DNA of 64,000 nucleotides, taken from NCBI GenBank assembly GCA_028826165.1, contig JAPDFW010000011.1, positions 558,001 through 622,000 on the forward strand. Direction: 5' to 3'. Below are positions 1 through 11,844 of this stretch, one piece after another. This stretch comes from Anaeramoeba ignava BMAN (lineage: Eukaryota > Protista > Anaeramoebae). Made by a program: the position numbers and the translations under genes. The first letter of the stretch is position 1, and every line of letters begins with the position of its first letter. Under the pieces are notes generated by a model. It did no database searches and had not been told where the DNA came from. It saw nothing but the letters and a program-made list of their open reading frames with translations.

Positions 1-33
1 TAATTAATTTTATATATAATTTTATAAATAATT

Positions 34-882
34 TTATACCATAAGCATTTGATAAGTATTTCTTTCTAGTTTATCTTTTCTTATTTCATCAAAAGATTTA
101 GGATGGTCATCTAAAGTCAAATCATCATTATCATCATCCAAACCCAAATCCAAATCATGATTATCATCAAAATCATCATCATCATCAACAGATAAATTAG
201 CCATTTTTTTTTTCAAAATATCAAGATCAGGAATATAAGGAAGAGGATTTACAAAAGAAAACGTCTCCTTAATTTTAGTAGCCAAATGAAAGCCGTCTTG
301 AGATTGCAAATAAAAGCCTTCTAAAGCAAGTAAGTTGATTAAATAATCCGTTAAATCTTTTCCTCCAATATTTAAAAAGGAAATTGAAGGTTTAATCACA
401 AGTGAATCATAAAAAGGTATGATTCTAGTTGAATATTGCCCAATGTCAATCACCATTCCGCTTTGTTTTTTATGAGATGCAATCAATCCAACAACTTGTT
501 CCATATTGTTAAAAAACGGAACTTCAAATTTTTCGAAAAAAATCTCGGCAATTTTCAAATATTCTTTTTTTGTTGCCATTGAAATTTGTGCATGAAGAAC
601 ATTAACTTCTTCCAAATTTATTTCAAGTTGGTCGTCAAAGACATAATCATAAAGACCCTCCATATAATCCCAATTAATCATGCCTTCTTCTCCGAATTCT
701 TTAACAATATATTCGTTTATAATATTTGGATCGTCAGTTTCTTTTAAAACTTGATCTCCAAAAATCTTCTCAAGAGACTGTGTATTTGCAACTAATGTTG
801 GTATTTGAATCTTGGGGTTTCGATCTCCCCCAAATCCTACATTAAGACTGCAAGAACCAAAATCAATAATAACTGTTTTCAT
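34..882 (-). CDS. Divergent actin-related protein (5' part; gene probably continues past the window start via an intron)
   Basis: Actin-fold motifs: VIIDFGS..VGFGG..P..IPT, I.NWDYME, IAEIFFEKFEVP, GMVIDIG..TRIIP, IGGKDLTDYL, KIKE. ORF ends at a GTATAA donor-like site; acidic insertion near the end. Confidence 0.85.
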   Translation of the reverse strand: MKTVIIDFGSCSLNVGFGGDRNPKIQIPTLVANTQSLEKIFGDQVLKETDDPNIINEYIVKEFGEEGMINWDYMEGLYDYVFDDQLEINLEEVNVLHAQISMATKKEYLKIAEIFFEKFEVPFFNNMEQVVGLIASHKKQSGMVIDIGQYSTRIIPFYDSLVIKPSISFLNIGGKDLTDYLINLLALEGFYLQSQDGFHLATKIKETFSFVNPLPYIPDLDILKKKMANLSVDDDDDFDDNHDLDLGLDDDNDDLTLDDHPKSFDEIRKDKLERNTYQMLMV

Positions 883-1215
883 TAAAAAATGAAAAAAAAA
901 AATGAAAAATTAAAATTAAAAACTTTTTTTTTTTGCTTTTTTTTTTTAATTTTTTTTAAAAAGAAAAGAGAAAAAATATTAATTTGAATTTTGATTTTTA
1001 ATTTGAATTTTAAATTGAATTTTGAATTTGAATTTGATTTTGAATTTGAATTTTAAATTTGAATTTGAATTTGATTTTGAATTTGATTTTGAATTTTGAA
1101 ATTCAAGAAAAAGAAAAAAAAAAATCAAAAAAAAAAGTGGATCAAAAAATGAGAAGAAAAAATTTTTTTTTTGAAAGTAAAAATTTTGATTAATTGATAT
1201 GAAAAAGTGAATGAA

Positions 1216-4200
1216 TTATTTATCTGAGACTCCATCTTTAACAATACTATCTTGAACTTCAAATTCTTCATCATCATCCATTGTTTTTCGAATATAATCA
1301 AGATCTGTAACAATAAATTCATCAAGAGTTTGTAACTTTTCTGTTAAATTTGTAACATCTTTAATTTTGCTGATAAGTTTTTCTGACATTTCAGATGTAT
1401 TATAAGGTTCTGGATCATCAAAGAAAGAAACTTGACCTTCTTGTTGATCAATCTTTGCAAAGACTTCACCTTTTTCAATCTTTATTTATTTTGAATTTAT
1501 TTTGAATTTATTTTGAATTGAATTTTGAATTGAATTTATTTTGAATTGATTTTGAATTTATTTTGAATTAAATTTATTTTGAATTTATTTTAATTTATTT
1601 TGAATTTATTTTGAATTTTGAATTAAATTTTGAATTAAATTTTGAATTTATTTTTGAATTAATTTTGAATTTATTTTGAATTTATTATTTTAAATTTATT
1701 TTGAATTTATTTTGAATTAATTTTGAATTAAATTTTGAATTGAATTTTGAATTTATTTTTAATTAATTTTGAATTTATTTTGAATTAATTTTGAATTTAT
1801 TTTGAATTTATTTTGAATTGATTTTGAATTGAATTTTGAATTAAATTTATTTTGAATTGATTTTTAATTTATTTTGAATTAATTTTTAATTTATTTTGAA
1901 TTAAATTTTGAATTTATTTTTTAATTTATTTTTAATTATTTTTGAATTGAATTTTGAATTTATTTTGAATTAATTTTGAATTAAATTTTTAATTTATTTT
2001 TAATTGAATTTATTTTGAATTTATTTTGAATTAAATTTTGAATTTATTTTTGAATTTATTTTTGAATTTAATTTTAAATTGAATTTATTTTGAATTGATT
2101 TTGAATTTATTTTGAATTAATTTTGAATTTATTTTGAATTGAATTTATTATTTTGAATTTATTTTGAATTTATTTTTTAATTAATACCATATCAAGAATA
2201 TAAAACTCAGCTTGTTGAGCAGATTTCAAATTAAATTCTTTTGCAATTTGTTCAAGAGGTAATTTAATATAAGTTTTAGTAAGTCTTTGGATACCTCTTC
2301 TAATAAGACTCTGAGCGCATTGTTTAGCGAGACCAATATTCTTATCTTTTTCGAAGATTTCATTATGAGTAGCAAGACACATATCAAGCTGACCCATATC
2401 ATGAGTATCATAAGCCTTAGCGAATTCTTCATAAGGTTTGCAGAGATTCTTTAATAAACGAACAACAACTGGTGAAGTATAACGAGGAAGTGATGGAGCC
2501 TTTCCAAATGCTAAAATGTGTGCGAAAATGTACTTCTTGTAACTTTCTAATACTATCGCAGATAATGCTTCTCCAGGAACTGTTATCGCTTGCTCAAAAA
2601 AATCTGTTGCATCTCGCCATCTCTTTAATACTCCATATATTATCCCTCCATAATAATAATAAAGAAGTACGTCTTTTACAGTAATGCTCAATTTCTTAGT
2701 ATCAATATCATAAACATCATTTTCAAGAACTATAAACCAAATTATAAATAAAATTATAAATTAAATTATAAATAAAATTATAAATAAAATTATAAATAAA
2801 ATTATAAATAAAATAATAAATAAAATTATAAATAAAATTATAAATAAAATTATAAATAAAATTATAAATAAAATTATAAATAAAATTATAAATAAAATTA
2901 TAAATAAAATTATAAATTAAATTATAAATAAAAATTATAAATTAAAATTATAAATTAAATTATAAATAAAAATTATAAATAAAATTATAAATAAAATTAT
3001 AAATAAAAATTATAAATTAAAATTATAAATAAAAATATAAATAAAATTATAAATAAAATTATAAATAAAATTATAAATAAAATTATAAATAAAATTATAA
3101 ATAAAATTATAAATAAAATTATAAATTAAATTATAAATAAAATTATAAATAAAATTATAAATAAAATTATAAATAAAATTATAAATAAAATTATAAATAA
3201 AATTATAAAAAAAAAAAAAAAAAATAAAAATAAAAATATAAAATAAAATTATAAATAAAAAAAATTATAAATAAAATTATAAATAAATTATAAATAAAAA
3301 AAATTAAATTATAAATTAAATTATTAATAAAATTATAAATAAAATTATAAATAAAATTATAAATAAAATTATAAATTAAATTATAAATAAAATTATAAAT
3401 AAAATTATAAATAAAATTATAAATAAAATTATAAATAAAATTATAAATAAAATTATAAATAAAATTATAAATTAAATTATAAATAAAATTATAAATAAAA
3501 TTATAAATAAAATTATAATTCTTGGTTTTTTTTTATTTTTTACTTGGTAAAGCTGCTCGATAATTGCGTGTATAAAGACAAACAAGCATAAAATGACTAT
3601 GAGATGGTGTAATTAATTCAGGAACTGTTTGTAAAAGTGGAATTCCTTTTTGTAATGGATAAACTGCTCTTTGTGGAACTTTTAAATCAAAAGCTAATTG
3701 TGTCATTCTAGTTAAGCAATTAGAATCTAAAATAAAAAAAAAAAAGTTAAAATTATAAATAAAATTATAAATAAAATTATAAATAAAATTATAAATAAAA
3801 TTATAAATAAAATTATAAATTAAATTATAAATAAAATTATAAATAAAATTATAAATAAAATTATAAATAAAATTATAAATAAAATTATAAATAAAATTAT
3901 AAATAAAATTATAAATAAAATTATAAATAAAATTATAAATAAAATTATAAATAAAATTATAAATAAAATTATAAATAAAATTATAAATTAAATTATAAAT
4001 AAAATTATAAATAAAGTTATAAATAAAAATATAAATTAAATTATAAATTAAATTATAAATTAAATTATAAATAAAATTATTAATAAAATTATAAATTTCC
4101 AAATAAATAAAATTATAAATAAAATTATAAATTAAATTATAAATAAAATTATAAATAAAATTATAAATAAAATTATAAATAAAATTATAAATAAAATTAT

Positions 4201-4594
4201 AAATTTCCAAATAAATTAAATTATAAATTTCCAAATAAATTAAAATTATAAATTTCCAAATAAATTAAATTATAAATTTCCAAATAAATAAAATTATAAA
4301 TTAAATACACCATTCAGGCATAATTTGAACTTGATTTTGAGTTGCACGAGGAATAAAACGTTCAAGTTGAACAAGATATTGTTCAGGATTTGTAGAACGA
4401 CTTTGGCCTTTCATTGAAAGTAAGAACATTTTACCAAGAGTATGCTTTGAATCCTCAAGTTGACCTATCATTCCATCAATAATTTGGAAATTCTTTAAAA
4501 CTTTGTCTTTTGATTCATTTAATGCTTTGCGAAGTTTATCTAAATCTTTTTGGTTTCCTGAAAGCTGAACAATTTGTTGAAGAAGTTTTTCCAT
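1216..4594 (-). CDS. CSN3: COP9 signalosome subunit 3 (PCI domain), 4 exons (~4594-4309, 3726-3544, 2729-2188, 1479-1216)
   Basis: LYYYYGG.IY, FEQAITVP..ALSAIVLESYKKY, KNIGLAKQ, IQRLTKTY..L.L PCI signature. GT-AG junctions keep the frame (W-Y, P-I, M-I); ends ...GVSDK-TAA. Confidence 0.9.
2735..4300. repeat. 12-bp satellite AAATAAAATTAT filling CSN3 introns 1 and 2
   Basis: Same unit on both sides of exon 3544-3726. Confidence 0.9.
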
Positions 4595-4824
4595 TTTGTT
4601 TTTTGTTTTTTATTTATTTTGTTTATTTGTTTTTGTTTTTTAAAAATAAATGAGAACTGAAAAATGAAAAAAAAAAATGAAAAAAAAAATTATAAAAAAA
4701 ATAAATAAAAAGGAGAAAAAAAATAAAAACAAAAAATATAAAAAAGAGAAATTTTTTTTTTCTTCTTTCATTTTTATTAAATTAAATTAAAATTTAATAA
4801 TAATTAATTAATTAAATAAATTAA

Positions 4825-7275
4825 ATGAGAAAATCTAGTTTAATTGATGCTAAATTTGCTGGAACAACTCAATCTCAAAATTGTACTTTAATTATCACTG
4901 AAGGAAATGCTATTCAATCACTTATTTTCTTTTCTCTAAATGAAAGCAACAAAGATTATTATGGAATTCTTTCTATAAGAGGAAAGATAATGAATATTCG
5001 TGGAGCTCGATCAGAAACTATTAAACAAAATGAGGAAATTCAATTAATAAAAAATTCATTAGGATTAAATTGGGAAAATATTGATTCACAATTAAATCAA
5101 CTTAGATATGGACATTTAATGATAATTAGTGATAGAGACTCAGACGGTTTTCATTTTACAGGTCTTATCATCAATTTTATTCATAAATTTTGGCCTTTTT
5201 TAATTAGAATTCCTGGTTTTTTATTGAGGTTTAATTGTCCAATAGCAAAATCTGTTTTTAATCAAGAAATCAAATATTTTTTTGGATTTCAACAATTGAA
5301 TCAATGGAAAAACCAAATCACTAATGAGAATGAATGGAAAATCAAATATTATCCAAGCGTAACCTCATTTACAATCTCAGAAATGAAAGAATATTTGGAA
5401 AAAATCCCTAAATTTTATCAAGAATTTATTTTTTCAAATGAAAAAGATATGGATTTAATTGACTTGTTATTTAATCCTAAAAGATCAACTGAAAGAATAG
5501 AATGGATATCAAAGCAAACTATCAATACACCAATGAATTGGAATTTACCTGCTTTGAAATACTCAACTTTTTTCAATGAAGAAATGTTTTTTTATATCCA
5601 AAACGATTTTCAACGTGCAATTCCTTCAATGGTAGATGGTCTCAAAGTAAACAAGAGAAAAGTTCTTTTCACTTGTTTGAAAAATGATTTCACGTCAGAA
5701 ATTAAACTCCAGCATCTATCAGCAGCAGTATTGATAAACACAAACTTCCCTTATGGAGAATATTCTCTATCAGCAACAATCACTTCATTAGCACAGGATT
5801 GCATTGGTTCAAATAATATCCCATTACTTCTCCCATTAGGCCAATTTGGCACCATTTTATATTCTGGAAATGATTCAGGAAATTTTCATCATTTATCTAC
5901 AAAATTATCTCCAATAACTCGCTTTATTTTCAGAAAAGAAGACGATCCACTTTTAGAATATATCGATGATTTTGGCATGAAAATTGAACCCAAAGTATAT
6001 TATCCTATTATTCCTCTTGTTTTGGTGAATGGAGTTGAAGGGATCAGTATTGGAGTATCAACAAGAATACTTCCATATAATCCTCGTGATATTGCTGAGA
6101 ATTTAAAAAGGAAAATACAAGGAAAGGAATTGTTCCGAATGAAACCATGGATTAGAGGGTTTCGTGGAATAACTGATTTGGATATTGGCGAAGCAACAAA
6201 GGATTCTAATTATGATCTTGGTAAATGTTTTTTAAAAGGTGTTTGGGAGAAATTGGATGATACTCATTTACAAATAACTGAAATACCTTTATATTCACGA
6301 TATTCTTCAATAATGAAATATCGCGAATTCTTAAATTCTTTACTTCCTGAACAAGGCAAAAATTTAATTCTTGATTTCAAAGAAAATCATACTCAAGAAT
6401 CAATTTGTTTCACAATTTCTCTTTTACCTCAACAAATGGAATTTATTGAGCAAATTGGAGTTGAATCTGTTTTTCAACTTGAATCAAAAATTAGTCTTAA
6501 TAATATAAATTTACTTGATGAAAATGAAAAAGTAAAACAATATTCAACTCCTGAGCAAGTTATTGAAGATTTTTATAATTTTAGAAGAAAGATTTATATT
6601 TTGAGAAAAGAATATATTCTTAATAAATTGAAGAATGAGCTTTCAAATCAAATTGAAAATGAAAATCAAAATCAAAATCAAATTCAAAATCAAATTCAAA
6701 ATCAAAATCAAAATGAAATTGAAAATCAAAATCAAAATCAAATTGAAATAGAAAATCAAATTGAAAATCTAAATCAAAATCAAAATCAAAATCAAAATCA
6801 AAATCAAAATCAAAATCAAAATCAAAATCAAAATCAAAATCAAATTGAAATGAAAATCAAAATCAAAATCAAAATCAAATAGCAAAATCAAATTCAAAAT
6901 CAAAATCAAAATCAAAATCAAAATCAAAATCAAAATCAAAATCAAATTCAAAATCAAAATCAAAATCAAAATCAAATTCAAATTCAAAATCAAAATCAAA
7001 TTGAAATAGAAAATCAAAATCAAAATCAAAATCAAAATCAAAATCAAAATCAAATTCAAAATCAAAATCAAAATCAAATTGAAATAGAAAATCAAATTCA
7101 AAATCAAAATCAAAATCAAAATCAAAATCAAATTGAAATAGAAAATCAAAATCAAATTCAAAATCAAAATCAAATTCAAAAACAAATTCAATTAATTCAA
7201 GAAACTTCTATTGAAACAATTTGGGAAAATGAAATTAATGAATTTCTTTTTGAATTAAAAAAATTAAACATTTAA
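4825..7275 (+). CDS. Degenerate DNA topoisomerase II-like protein (Toprim-WHD-tower core only; no ATPase, no catalytic Tyr); frameshift near 6850 in the NQ repeat
   Basis: [78 protein letters not shown]. After the repeat the frame resumes ...[15 protein letters not shown].. and ends at TAA 7273-7275. Confidence 0.85.
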
Positions 7276-7341
7276 AATTTTTTTTTTTCATTTTTTTCCT
7301 TTCATTTCTCTTTTTTTTTTATTCATTTCTTATAAAATAAA

Positions 7342-9025
7342 ATGAATTTCGTTTATTATCCAATTTCAGGTTTTTATAAAATAGAGAAACTTCCTAAAAT
7401 TAAAGATAAAGATAAAGAATTACCAAAAGATTCAGAAATAACACTTGATGATGATTCTGAAATGAAAGAAATTGATTTTGAAAAAGAAAGTGAAAATGAA
7501 AATTTTTCTTTTAATTTACCAGATGAAAGTAAAACTAAAAATAAGAACAAAAATAACTGAAAAAAAAAAAAGATTATACATTTATAATTCAAAAATTATT
7601 TAAATCAATAAAAAGTTCTTATGAAAATTTTCAAGTATTTAGATTTTCCTTATCAACTTGGAATTTGTTCTTGTGTAAATAAACAATTCCATAAAATAAG
7701 TGAATCAAATTATTTATGGAAAAGAATGATCAAAAAACATGCAATAATTTTAGATTTTCATAAGCTTTTTTTTCCTTATCAATATTCAATAAATCCAAGT
7801 TTTGATAGTAAATTCAATTCAAAAAATTCGAAAATTTTCAAAATAAATCAAAAATTAATTCTACTTTTTTTTTTTGGTTCTTTATGAATTCTCTTTTATA
7901 GCAAGATTTGGATTAGTTGATTATCTATTAAAAAAAAAAGAAGCAAAAACAACCCTTTTCGATTTTGATCAACCATCACCTTATGACTTTTTCACAAAAC
8001 AATATTACAGAGAAAATGAAGAATCTCTTGATTATTATGAAGTAGAATTAGTATCTCGACCACTTCAAAGTAATCATACAGATGAAGAAATAAGGAAAGT
8101 CTTGAAACATCCCAAAAATTTCTTTTTATCACAACGCCAAAAAGTTTATCAAGCAATTCAACTTCAAAAAAAGGATAATCAAATGGAAAAAAGCAAACAA
8201 AAAGTATCCTCAGCTTCAGGTGTTTTATTTAATCCAATAATAAGATTAATTCTTTATATTCTCGCATTTCCTTTAACAATGTATTTGACAATTTTCAAAG
8301 CGGATAATAAATTGGATATTCCTTGGATTGCTTGTTTTTGTCCGTTTTTTTTTGTGATTTTCTGTTTTACGTTGATAGCAATCCCTTTAACTTGTTATAT
8401 GACAAAAGTAAGCAGAAGATATTATGAAGCTTATTTATTTGCTTTTTTTCTCGTCTTCATTTTGCTCTTTGTTATTCTTCTTGGACTTAAATTGGACAAA
8501 AAGCCAGAAATGCCTTTAATTGTTGCTTCAATTCCAATGTTTTTACTTGCAATATTTTTAATTATTTTTACAATTCTTCACCACAAACACAATTCCAAAT
8601 CAAGAGATGATTATGAGATTCGAACAGATTTCCATTTTATGGTCTATTTACCAATAATATTCTCAACAATATCAATATCTCTCCTTCTAATTTCTGTTTA
8701 TACTGATTTTGAAAAAAGTGAGAACTTTTTATATGCCGGATTAATTGTTTTAATGGTTTTTGACTTTCTTCCCATGTTATTGGCAATTTATAGATATCCA
8801 AAATACAAAAGAAATAGTTTAGATCCCCCTTATTTTTGGTCTCAAATTTTAATGTTAAGTTTGACATTTCCTTCTTTTTTAACTGAATTGTTCATCTATT
8901 TAAAATTGAACAACACAATTTCTTCAAAATTTGTTTTGATTTCAATTCCAATTCAAATTCCTTCTATAATTATTTTTATTGCAATGTTAGCTGATTCAAT
9001 GAAAGAATTAAAATATTCTTGTTAA
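7342..9025 (+). CDS. F-box protein fused to a multi-pass TMEM185-like membrane domain (interrupted at 7558-7611 and at poly-T 7865; sequencing errors or pseudogene)
   Basis: VLMKIFKYLD...L..CSCVNKQFHKISESNYLWK is an F-box. Downstream ~7 hydrophobic helices with KAD...IPW...FCPFF and LGLKLD patterns. Confidence 0.6.
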
Positions 9026-9180
9026 TTTTCTTTGATTTTTCCTTTCACATTTTTTTTAATTAATTAATTTAAATAAAATTTAATTATTAAAAAATCTTGT
9101 TAATGTCAAAAAAAAAAACACAAAAAAAGAGGAATAAAAAATTTTTTTTTTTGGATCATTTTTATTTTTATTTTTATTTT

Positions 9181-9447
9181 ATGCAAAAATTAAAAAATTC
9201 TTTTCAAAAATTTGTTCAATCATGTAAAGAACCAAATTTATTTTCAAATGAAAATATAAGTAAGTAAGAAAACTTAAAAAATATTTTAAGTGGAATTGAT
9301 GATGTTTTGATTCAAGATAAAAAAGAAGAGATTTTACAATCATTTAATTCAATATCAACTGAAAAAATCTTAAAAGATAATTGTCTTAATCTTAAATTTA
9401 TTCCTTTTGATACTTCTGAATTAGATTTTGAAAGAGGATTTTTTTAA
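9181..9447 (+). CDS. Possible small hypothetical protein (79 aa if the 27-nt intron 9264-9290 is spliced)
   Basis: Protein-like codon composition in one frame, interrupted only by TAA at 9265 inside GTAAGA...TTTAAG; TCATTTT motif upstream at 9156. Confidence 0.35.
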
Positions 9448-9512
9448 TAAAAAAAAATTTAAAAAAATCAAAAAATTTTAAAATCATTTTTTTTCTTTTT
9501 TCTTTTTAAAAA

Positions 9513-11698
9513 ATGAAGCAAAAATTTATGCCAAAATCTGTTTCTTTTATTTTAATTTGTATTTTTGGAACAGCAACAGTTTGTCTTTCAAAAGCTTCTT
9601 TTCAGTTTTCTTCTAAAGGAACAAATAGCGAACATAAATTTGAAAAACCTTGGTTTATTTTTAAAATTCATTTATAAAATTAAAATTCATTTATAAAATT
9701 AAAATTCATTTATAAAATTAAAATTCATTTATAAAATTAAAATTCATTTATAAAATTAAAATTAAAATCTAAATTAAAATTCATTTATAAAATTAAAATT
9801 AAAATTAAAATTAAAATTAGGAGTTTAACTGATTTGGTTTTTTTAAGTTCAATTTTCTTGTTATTAATTGATAAAATTGGAAAATGTTGTGATAAAAAAA
9901 ATCAAAATTATCAACAATTACCAATTTATCGCAATCAAAAACAATGGAAAATTTTTCTTTATGTTATTGTTCCTTCAATTTTTGATTTAATTTCGAAAAT
10001 TTTCTTATTTGTAGCTTTAATTGATCGTAAAAAATAATTTAGAAATTAATTTAGAAATTAAAATCAATTTAGAAATTAATTTAGAAATTAAAAATTGGAA
10101 TAGGAATGAATTTAGAAATCAATTTAGAAATTAAAATCAATTTAGAAATCAATTTAGAAATCAATTTAGAAATCAATTTAAAAATGAATTTAAAAATTAA
10201 AATCAATTTAGAAATCAATTTAGAAATTAAAAATTGAATGAAATTAATTTAGAAATCAATTTTAGAAATTAAAATCAATTTAGAAATTAAAAATTGGAAT
10301 GAAATTAATTTAAAAATCAATTTAGAAATCAATTTAGAAATCAATTTAGAAATTAATTTAGAAATCAATTTAGAAATCAAAATCAATTTAGAAATCAATT
10401 TAAAAATTAAAATCAATTTATAAATCAATTTATAAATTAAAAATTGGAATGAAATCAATTTAGAAATTAGAAATTGGAATGAAATCAAATTAAAAATTAA
10501 TTTAAAACAAAATTAATTTAAAACAAAAAAAAAAACAAAAAAAGTTCCTGCTGGCATTTGGCAAATTTATCGAAGTTCTATTATTATTTTCTCTGGGATT
10601 TTTAGTCTATTTTTTCTTAATAGAAAATTTTATATTTTTAATTGGGTTGGTATCTTATTTATTATTTTTGGATTGCTTATCTCATTATTCTCAGAATATA
10701 TGAAATCAGAAAGTGTAAAAAAAATGCATTTAAATTTTTACTTTTTTAAATTAGAAAAATTAAAATTAACTTATAATAAAATTATTAAATTATCTATAGG
10801 ATAAAAATTCTAAATTAGTTGGTGTTATATATGTTCTAATTGCGTAAAAAAATCAATCAAAAAAAAAATTATATAATTTTAACTTCCAAAATTAATTTTT
10901 TTATAAAAAAAAAATCAACTTTAACTTTTATAAAGTCAATTCTTTTTATCAATTCAATCCATTCTTGAAAATCATTTATATCAAAGAATTTATATTTCTA
11001 AAATGAGGATTTCAGGATTACAAGGATTATTTTCTTTTATTTTAACTTCAGCAATAATTTCGTATTTATAAATATTATTACATTTCCAAAAAGTTCTATT
11101 TTTTTTAATTTGAAACCAAAAAAATTATAAATTATGAATTAGAATTATTTATTTTGCTATTGGAACAGAAAATAATGGACCTAAAGAAGATATAGTTGAT
11201 ACATTTCATATGTTAAAAAATAATCATAATTTACTTTATGTTGTTATTATTTTTTTCGTTACTTCTCTTTTTTATCAATTTTCTTCAATTCATGGTTTGA
11301 TTATTTTAAAAAATTTTTTTCAATTAAAAATTTTTATCCGATTTTTATTTTTAATATATTTTTAATATATTTTTAATATATTTATTTGTTTTTTTTTTAG
11401 GTTCTCTTTCTCGTTCTTCAAGAATGATTGCCTTAGCTGAATGTATAAGAATTATTTTAATTTGGGTTTTGGATTTAATTATTCATTATTTTTGGAGTGA
11501 TTCTTTTGGAGTTGAATGGAAATCAACTTATTCTTATTTACAATTAGTAATATTTTAATTTAATTTTAATTTTAATTTAAATTTAATTTTAATTTAATTT
11601 TTAATTAGGTTGGAATGATTCTTTTAATTTTTGGTATTTTCCTTTATTATTCGATTATAAAATTTTCTTGCTTTTTATATCCCAAAATTTTGGTTTAA
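9513..11698 (+). CDS. SLC35F6-like nucleotide-sugar/DMT transporter, ~8 exons
   Basis: Spliced frames give HKFEKPW, VPSIFDL, LPAGIWQIYRSSIIIFSGIFSLFFLNRK, SGLQGLF, ECIRIILIW, LQLVG. GT-AG junctions checked at 9653/9820 and 10027/10544. Confidence 0.8.
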
Positions 11699-11844
11699 AA
11701 AAATATATTTTTTTTTGATTGGGAAAAGTAAATTTTTTCCTCCAATTTTTAACGAAAAAGAAAAAAAAAAAACAATAAAAAGATAAAAGAAAAAACTTGG
11801 AATTGTTTTAATTAGCTTATCTTCTTTTTTAATTTGATTTGATT

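Noticed and set aside
3533-4234. 233-aa ORF with YNFI repeats (also the LYL-repeat N-terminus of ORF 18133-20349)
   Set aside because: The repeat portions are intronic satellites bounded by in-phase GT-AG sites; only the flanking exon parts are coding.
7558-7611. In-frame TAA/TGA suggesting stop-codon reassignment
   Set aside because: TAA, TGA and TAG all end conserved genes here (CSN3, E2, Vps33, VPS9), and long ORFs have no internal stops; local errors or decay are more likely.
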